In this document: in pieces, positions 56,403-64,000 of the stretch
Numbering within the stretch: position 1 is the stretch's first letter
Layout of the letters: each line of letters starts with the position of its first letter
DNA from: Guillardia theta CCMP2712
Taxonomy: Eukaryota; Protista; Cryptophyta
Direction of reading: 5' to 3'
DNA length: 64,000 nucleotides
Assembly (NCBI RefSeq): GCF_000315625.1
Contig: NW_005434624.1
Coordinates: forward strand, 320,007 to 384,006
Made by a program: the position numbers and the translations under genes
Notes under the pieces: model-generated
Told to the model about the DNA's origin: nothing
The model's database searches: none
The model's input: the letters and a program-made list of their open reading frames with translations, nothing else

Positions 56403-59400
56403 ATGAAGTTCGGTGTTCTCATCGAACAGGCCGCCCGCGCGGACTGGGCAGCAAATTACGTCAACTACAAGGTGAAGCCTGGATGTTGCTCGGACACGCA
56501 TGATCGATTTACATCTTCTGACATACCTTAATCAGAGGGCGAAGGATAAGATCAAAGATCGTGTTGATATCCCCACGTTCAAAGCTTTCATCGCGGAAGA
56601 ATGTTCCAAAGTAGAACGATTTTACAACACCAAGTTCGAAGATATCGAGCAGGAGAGCGAGCAGCTCACTGTCATGATGTCTCAGAAAAGCTCGGTGATA
56701 GCAACAAGCATTCATGCTCAATGTCTAGTTGACTATTTCATGTAGCAAGTAGCTGGGCTCGTCAAGAGATCTTGGAACCACACCGAGGACGTCAGAGGAC
56801 TGTGATGCTGGAACGGTTGTGTGGCTTGATGTGTGACTCAAAGGCTAGGTACGACTTTGGTCGTTTGAACTATGAGGGAATCCGCAAATCCCTCAAGAAG
56901 TATGACAAGGTCATGAAGACCAAGGATCAGATTTTGCAGGTACCTGTTCAAAGTGCAGGATGACATATTGGCGACTAACCGGTTTGCTTCTTTAGAAAGT
57001 GTATTTTGAGGAGTTGAAGAAGCAATATACCTTCTTCAACTTTAGGACAGACGAGAAAGTGAAGGTATGGTTGTCGTGTTCGACATGACCTCTCCTCACC
57101 ACTCTTCAAGGTGCTTTTAGAGAAGTGCGCGGCGTTCTGGAATCAAGATGATGCTGTCTCGAAACTGAAGGGAGCGAGGTATTCAAGGACATGTTGCTTC
57201 GAGGAGCACGGGAACTGAAGTGTACACCTGTAGCATCACCGAGATCAAGGAGCTACTCCCTGACTCCTTCCCTCTCGTGGATCAGATTGCTGATCAGAAC
57301 AAGACTCAGCTTGAGCCGCTGACAGAGGAGGAAGACGAGGATGATGAGGATGAGAAGGCTGAGCGACAAGAAGTGGATGAACACGGCCCGCAAGAAGGCA
57401 CAGATGAGGAGAACGATTCTCACTTTGAACGTGATTTCGCAAAACAACGCAACAAGAAGCCAGGTAATGAGGAAAATTGGTGGGCGAAGGTCGCTGACAA
57501 GTCGTCGTAGAATGGAAGAAAATGCTTGCTGATTATCAACTCCTCAACAATGTTCTGAAGCAACTCGCAGCTGTTGCGGGTGGCAAAAGCCTCGCAACTC
57601 CCATGGTTGCTTCGCTTACGATGTCTGATCACCCTGAGGCCGCATACGGCGCTTCTCCAGAGATTATCTACGAAGGAAAATCGTTCAAGGAGGTTGATTG
57701 GTTCAGAATGGTGGATAAGGAGATGGAATTTGTGTCCAAGGTCACCAATGCGGAAATCATGCGTGTCAGGTCTGGGCTCTCAACGTTGAGGGACCGCTGT
57801 GAGCAGTGGAGCAAGGAAATGAAGGACAAGAGTGCTGAGCAATCTGGCGCCCGTGCGCGAACCATGCTCACGCAGTTGGGTGCCTTGGAGGCAGAAGCAA
57901 AGCAGCTGGGTTCCGACTTCCTTGCCCTGGAAAAATTTGTCAACTTGAACTACCAAGCGTTTGAGAAACTCCTCAAGAATCACGACAGACTGATGCCGCA
58001 CACCCCTTGCCATCAGTTCTATATGGCCAAATTGAGGAACCAGGATTGGATCCGTAACGACTTCTCGGATGTCTTTGTGGCATTGTCGGATTGCCATTCT
58101 CTTTTGCGTCAAGACGATTCTGGAACTGCCAACAACGATGCAAAGCAGGACTTTGTTCGTAACACGAAGAAGTACTGGGTACCTACGGAGCACGTTTCTT
58201 CCTTGAAGCACTTGATTCTGCAGCATCTTCCTGTCTTCCGTGTTTGGACTGGTGGCGGGGACTCTCAGCTTATCAACTCTGTCTACTTTGACAACCGCCA
58301 GATGCAGCTGTATCACGGAAGAATGGACAAGACTCCAGGAGCCATTGCCCTTCGCCTTCGATGGTATGGAACTGAGATCAAGAGTGTCTTTGTGGAGCGG
58401 AAGACTCACTTGGACGCCTGGACTGGGAATGTGTCGGTGAAAGAGCGCTTCGTCCTCGACGAGCCACTCGTCGTTCCGTTTTTGAATGGCAGCTACACCG
58501 TGAACGAGTTCGCAGACGACATGAAGAGGAAGGGCAAGAAGGACTCGGATATCCAGGAGGCTTGCAAGCTGTTCTCCCAGATCGCCAGGGTCATCGAGTC
58601 GAAGCAACTTGGCCCGACCGTCCGCACGCAGTACATGAGAACGGCGTTCCAGATTCCGTTCGATGCGACAGTTCGCATCTCCTTGGACACCAACCTTGCC
58701 ATGGTAAGGGAGGACTGCTGTGGATACGCATCGACCATCACGGAGCGTTGGCGGAGGGATGAACGCATCCCCGTTAAGGCCTCGGAGCACACCCACTTCC
58801 CTCATGCAATCCTCGAGGTCAAGCTGCAAGGAGACGTGGAGAACCCCCCACGCTGGGTCAAGGACCTCCTGGAGTCTGGCATGGTGACCGAGGTCTACAA
58901 GTTCTCCAAGTTCATCCACGGCTCTGCCGTCCTGCTCACCGAGTTGGTGGCAGCTGCCCCCTACTGGATTGATGACGTGTCGATCCGCGACTCGGTCAAC
59001 GCCTCGGCTCCCTCGGCTGCCAACAAGGCCAGGACCACCAAGATCGGAGCCATGGGTGGAGGTCAAGCCAGCCGCAAGAAGGAGGACGACGAGAGCAGCA
59101 GCATTACCTTCAGCGATGGACAGTCCAAGAGCGCAGGAAGGGTCAGGGCACTTTCCCGGGAGGTTCCGGAGGAAGAGACCCATCCTCTTCTCGGGCAGAT
59201 GAGGCCGACCACGGGCCAGAAGGGCGCTAGACCCGGCACTGACTTCCTCGGACGACATGTGTCGAGGGCTGCCGGCGGAGCGGATCCCCAGGATCAGGAC
59301 ATGTGCTCCTGCTGCGGACTCGGCTCCTCCCAGAAGACGCTTCCACGAAAGGTTCCTGTCCGAATCGAGCCCAAGACCTACTTCGCTAACGAGAGGACGT

Positions 59401-60132
59401 TCCTTTCTTGGTAAGTTGTTGCATCATCCCTTGCGCTTCCTGTCCATTCTCGTGTTCATGTACTCACCCCCGCTCTCTACAAGTCTGCAGCTCTCCCCTT
59501 CCTCTCTGCTGTCACTGTTTCCATTTCGTGTCGCCTCCCCTTGCTCATCTTCCCCTGGGCTCGACCTGGCTGACGCGCTTGGCAGGATGCACATGTCCGT
59601 CACTCTGGGGTCCATCTCCTCAGCTCTGACCGTCTTCTCGGAGGGAGACACTGCTCACGGCGCCGGAATCCAGATCATGTCTCTCTTCCTCACCCTCGTC
59701 GCCACCTTCTTCGTTGCCTCGGCTGCCTACACCTTCTGGATTCGAAGAGGAGCCATCAGGAAGAGGGAGGACACTGGGTTGGATCAGGTGGTGATGCCTG
59801 TCTTCGTCGCGTCGACCCTGGTGAGCCATCTGGCCTTCTCGCTCTTCCTGAATCCCTCTTCCGCTCCTCGCCCTCACCGCTGCTCCTGCCCCGTGCTCAT
59901 TCTTGAAACCATCCATCCTCTTCGTCCTCCTTCCCTCCCTCCATCCTCTTGGGTCCTCCTTCCTTCCCCCTCCTCCCTCTTCCAAATTCCCTCCCTCCTC
60001 TCCTCTTTTTCTCTCGTCTCTTCCTCTCCTCTCCTCCTCTCCTCCGAGTGACGCTTCCTGTAGGTGTTCTCGCTCATGGGGGTACTTATCACCAACCTGG
60101 CTGAGGTGAGCTCGAAGCCTGCTCCTCAGTGA
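56403..60132 (+). CDS. VTC4: Vacuolar polyphosphate polymerase VTC4 (SPX-SPX-TTM/VTC-DUF202; multi-exon)
   Basis: MKFG...W...YVNYK (SPX start); KYWV, SVYFDN, LRLRWYG, FVERKTH, VKERF, RTAFQ, RISLDTNL, AILEVKLQ, KFSKFIHG; IEPKTYFANERTFLSW followed by TM helices. Confidence 0.93.
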
Positions 60133-60300
60133 GGAGCCTCGAGCTCCTTGACGTCTTACCGTCTCCCTTGGAGGAGGAAAGGCAAAAAAGAATTTTATTG
60201 ACTTCACCGCCCGATTCCCCACTCTCCGTATCTTCCTCCTCCTCCTCCTCCTCCTCCTCCTCCTCGTCCCTCTTCCTTGGCTCCTCGCCCGTGTATGAGT

Positions 60301-61166
60301 TCAATCACCGTCGCTGTCGGGGCTGCACATGACGAGCTGAGGGTCGTCGCTGTCTTCACCATCCTTGTCCTCCTTCAAAGGCATGAGCTTGTCGGCCGTG
60401 CGCATCTCGACTTCCTCCTCTCCTGCTCTCGTTGTCGCACCTTCCCTCACGTCCGCTTCTTTCCCAACAGTCGTAGATGCTGTTTGCTCTCTCCTCTTCG
60501 CCGTCTCCGCTGCCTCTTCCTTCCTTGCCTTCTCCTCTGCTTCTCTCCTCCTCACTGCCTCCGCTTCTCTTCTTTTGGCTGCCTCCTCCGCTTCTCTCCT
60601 CCTCGCTGCCTCTTCTTCCTCCTTCCTCGCCGCCTCCGCTGCTTGCCTTCTCTTGGCTGCCTCCACCTCCTTCCTCTTCGACTCCTCTGCATCCATGGAC
60701 TCTTGCTGCTTCAAGTTGACCGCATCGGCTGCAGCAAGAGCAGCTGGTCTGTGTGCTTGACTGGAGGCAGCTACAGGAGCCTCCTTTGGCCTCTGAGTCG
60801 CCCCTTGGACGTCACTCGTTATCTCCATGGCGTCGTGGGAAGAGGAAGGGAGCAGGGGCGTCCTGCGATGGAAGAGCGTGAGGAGTGGTAAGGGAGAGAG
60901 GGAGCAGGAGACGGGGAGGTGGGAGGGGAAAGAGAAGGAGCAGGGGGAAGGGAGGGGGAAGGGAGCAAAAGACCACCTTGATGTTTCCTCTTGCCGCTGC
61001 GGGTGTGAGGGAGGCTGCGATTCGATGATGGGAGCTTGCAGAGAAGGAAGAAAAATCTTGACGAGACGTCAAAGGGCGGCGCGAGTGCACGGCATAAGTA
61101 GGAAGAGTAGGCGCAAAGGGAGAGGTGAAAACGAGGAGGAGAAGCAAAAATGAGCAAGAGCAGGAC

Positions 61167-61230
<64 letters not shown>

Positions 61231-62262
61231 GAGAGACATTTACCGTAGGGGCTCGTGGGTGCATGAGGGAAGGAAGCGCCTGAATGGCTAGCGACGAGAA
61301 ACTTCGCACCTCCACACAAGGATCCTGCGAGGTAAATCAGAAGGACAAGGACAGGAGCAGAGGCACAAGGAAGACAAGGAGGAGGGCGAGGAGAAGATAG
61401 ACGAGGATGAGGGAGACGAAGAGGGAGAGGGAGAGGGAGAGGAAGCAGAGGATCTGGAAGGGAAGATGAGGAAGGGCAAACTCACCTGCGTGGCAAAGCG
61501 GAAGACGCGCATGACGAGACCAGAAGCAGGAGGAACGTTGACAGGAGCTAGTAGAATCGCCCAAGCAACCTTGAGAGCAGCGAGACGAACTTCTCCTGCT
61601 GCAACTATGAGATGGAGAGATGGAGAGGAGGAAGCAAACACGCAGGAGGGCAAGAGAGGAATGGAGGAGCAGGAGCAGAAAGGGAGGGAGAGGTAGAGGA
61701 GGGAGAGGAGGAGCAAGAGTAAGAGGACCTTGTTGTCTGGCGGTGTCGGCGAGGAAAGCGGTCTGGTTGTAGGAGAGGAGGAGGTAGGCGATGACTTTGC
61801 TGCTGACTTCTCTTCTCACTGAGCCGTCGAGCACTGAGCCGCAGACCATGACAGCTGACTGGAGGAGAGTGAGAAGCAGGACAAGAGGAGAGAAGAGGAG
61901 AGAAGAGGAGAGAAGGAGGAAGCAACGAAAGTGGAGCGAGCTAGAGGAGAGAAGATGGGGACGTCAGGAAGTGAGGAGATGAGAGAGAGGGAGAGCAAGA
62001 GGGAGAGACAAGAGCAGCAGGAGAGGAGGTGGCAATGGAAGAGGAAAGAGAGGTAGGAGGAAGGGGAGAGGGAGGAGGGGGTGAAGGGGGAGGAGGGTCA
62101 GACCTCTATCAGGTGAAACGAGGCTGAAAGAAGCTCGGGAGCAACGGCAACATCTGTCTGCTCCATCATCGTCTGACTTGAGCTCTTGCCCTCCATTTTC
62201 GCTGTCCTCCTCCTCTTGTGCGCCTGCCATGCCCGCCAATCGTTAGTCCCTCCAACAGGCAA

Positions 62263-62296
<34 letters not shown>

Positions 62297-63199
62297 CTCA
62301 AGCAACGAGATTTCTCTTCATGCTTCTCAGATAGCAAATATTCAAAAGTTTTGTGTCTCTCACTGGCTTCTCAACAGAGGTAGGAGTAGGAGGGAGGGGG
62401 GGGGGGTGGACGAGAGAAGAGGACGAGGGACAAGCAACAAGGCAGAGGAGGAGGGGGAAGGAGGAAGGGGAGGCGGGAGAGGGGGAGGAGAAGTGGGAGG
62501 AGTTTTACCCTCTGAACATTCGCCTGCACGCTACTGGTCATGCCGCTGATGGAGGAGGAAGCAGCTTCTACGACATCTGCAGCTATAAGAAGAACTTCTC
62601 GACAGAAAATCTTCTCGCAGCTGACGCCCCACTGCCATGTCATGTCAGGGATACTGCCTTCCTCTACCAACGAAACCTCCTTCTCCTCCTTACATCTCCT
62701 CCTCCTCCTCCTCCTTCCCCTCCTCCTTACATCTCCTCCTCCTCCCTACAATTCCCCCTCCTCATACCTCCTCTTCCTCTCACCCGTCCTGCAAGCCCAC
62801 CCCCTGATCCCCCTCAGTCCCTCTCCCCGCTCCAATTCCTCCTCCTACCTCCGTCAAACAGCATGTCGCTGCGTCCAACAGGGTCAACGTCATTCGTAAG
62901 TTTCTGCGGTCACAGTCAAGTCCTCCCCTCCCTTCCCATCCCTTCCCTTCCCTTCCCTTCCCTTCCCTTCCCTTCCCTTCCCTTCCCCTCCCTTCCCCTC
63001 CCTTCCTCTTGCCTCCCTCACCTTCGCTGCAGCATGGAAGTCTTGGACATGGCAGACAGCAGGCAGGAGGAGATAATCGTCATGAAACACAAGCCGTGAC
63101 GCCGAAGCCTCTTGACCAGCGACATCTGAAAAACATCCAAAACATCATCATCATCATCGTCGTCGTCTTCATCATGATCATGATCATGATGATCATGAT

Positions 63200-63257
<58 letters not shown>

Positions 63258-64000
63258 CCAGCAGCTCGAGCGCATGGCTCTGTATCTTTGACACCACCAG
63301 GCTCGCCACGTCAGGGCTCAGCAGTGACTCGTGCGCGAAGCTTCCTTGCTCCGCCATCTTCTCCTCCTCTAGCATGAACACCTACCACCCCTTTCTCAGA
63401 CCCCCTCCTACACCCCCCTTGCCTCCTCCTCGCTGCCGTACTCGCTCGACGGCAGTGATGATGCGCAGGGCCGGAATGCCGCAGTCCGGGTCGAGCTGGA
63501 GGCGACCGAGGAAGCAGGAGCTCATTGCGGCGGTGAGGCCATGGAAAAGATTCGCCATGGCAAGGGAGAGCTTGAAACGCTCCTCCTGCCTGCTCCTCCT
63601 TCCTGTCCAGCTGTGAGGGGAGGAGAGCAGAGGCAGGGGAGGGGCGAGGAACGGGTAACCAGCAGACGAGGAGGAGAGAAGAAGAAAAGTGAAATGCGTT
63701 ATGGGAAGAGGGTGGGGGGTGACAGAGGGGGATAGCAGAGGAGAGACGGGCGGGGGGAGGAAGAGGAGGAGGAGAGGAGGTGCAGGGGAGGAGGAAGAAG
63801 AGAGGGAGGGGGGTTACCGTGTCGCTGGAAGAGGGGGGTAAGAACTTCTAGGGATGAAAGGTTTTCTTCTCTTGGCCCACTGGAGCCTGTAGGGACAACG
63901 AGGAACAAGGTCAGTGTTAAGACAGCCCATCGCTCCTCTCACGCATATCGCTCCACCCCCCTGCTTCGCTATCTCATCACTCCCTTCCCTCCCTCCCTCC
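60301..64000 (-). CDS. 3' part of a multi-exon hypothetical protein with a charged E/A/R/K helical tail
   Basis: Last exon 60301-60828 has EAAKRR-type repeats. Short helical exons upstream are separated by purine-repeat introns; no recognised domain. Confidence 0.4.

Noticed and set aside
57780-59258. 492-aa minus-strand ORF
   Set aside because: Antisense shadow of GC3-rich VTC4; the same applies to 41528-42214 and 51053-51742.

Overview
The window has two parts. Positions 1 to about 21,500 are an AT-rich, intron-less, gene-dense endogenous viral element of the Polinton-like virus (PLV) type, truncated at the window's left edge. It carries an A32-like packaging ATPase, two tandem major-capsid paralogues, one clear and one possible penton, and a fibre-like protein. 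It also carries a glutaredoxin, a 2-TM SLATT-like protein, a D5/SF3 helicase and a tyrosine recombinase. One major capsid gene is split by a ~4.4 kb insertion bounded by 27-bp terminal inverted repeats (5614-9999); its lost C-terminus lies at 5512-5613. The helicase-recombinase module sits between two ~255-bp direct repeats made of G/C-run iterons. An AAAAATGATA motif, one mismatch from the giant-virus early promoter, recurs upstream of that module's genes. From about 21,800 to the end is GC-richer, intron-rich, microsatellite-laden eukaryotic host DNA, inferred (not database-checked) to be a secondary-plastid alga such as the cryptophyte Guillardia theta. It encodes HisRS, a COG0523 GTPase, a BIRC6-like E2, a SPRY-PH/C2-LRR protein and a head-to-head VTC1/VTC4 polyphosphate gene pair. 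Host exon boundaries were read by eye and are approximate.
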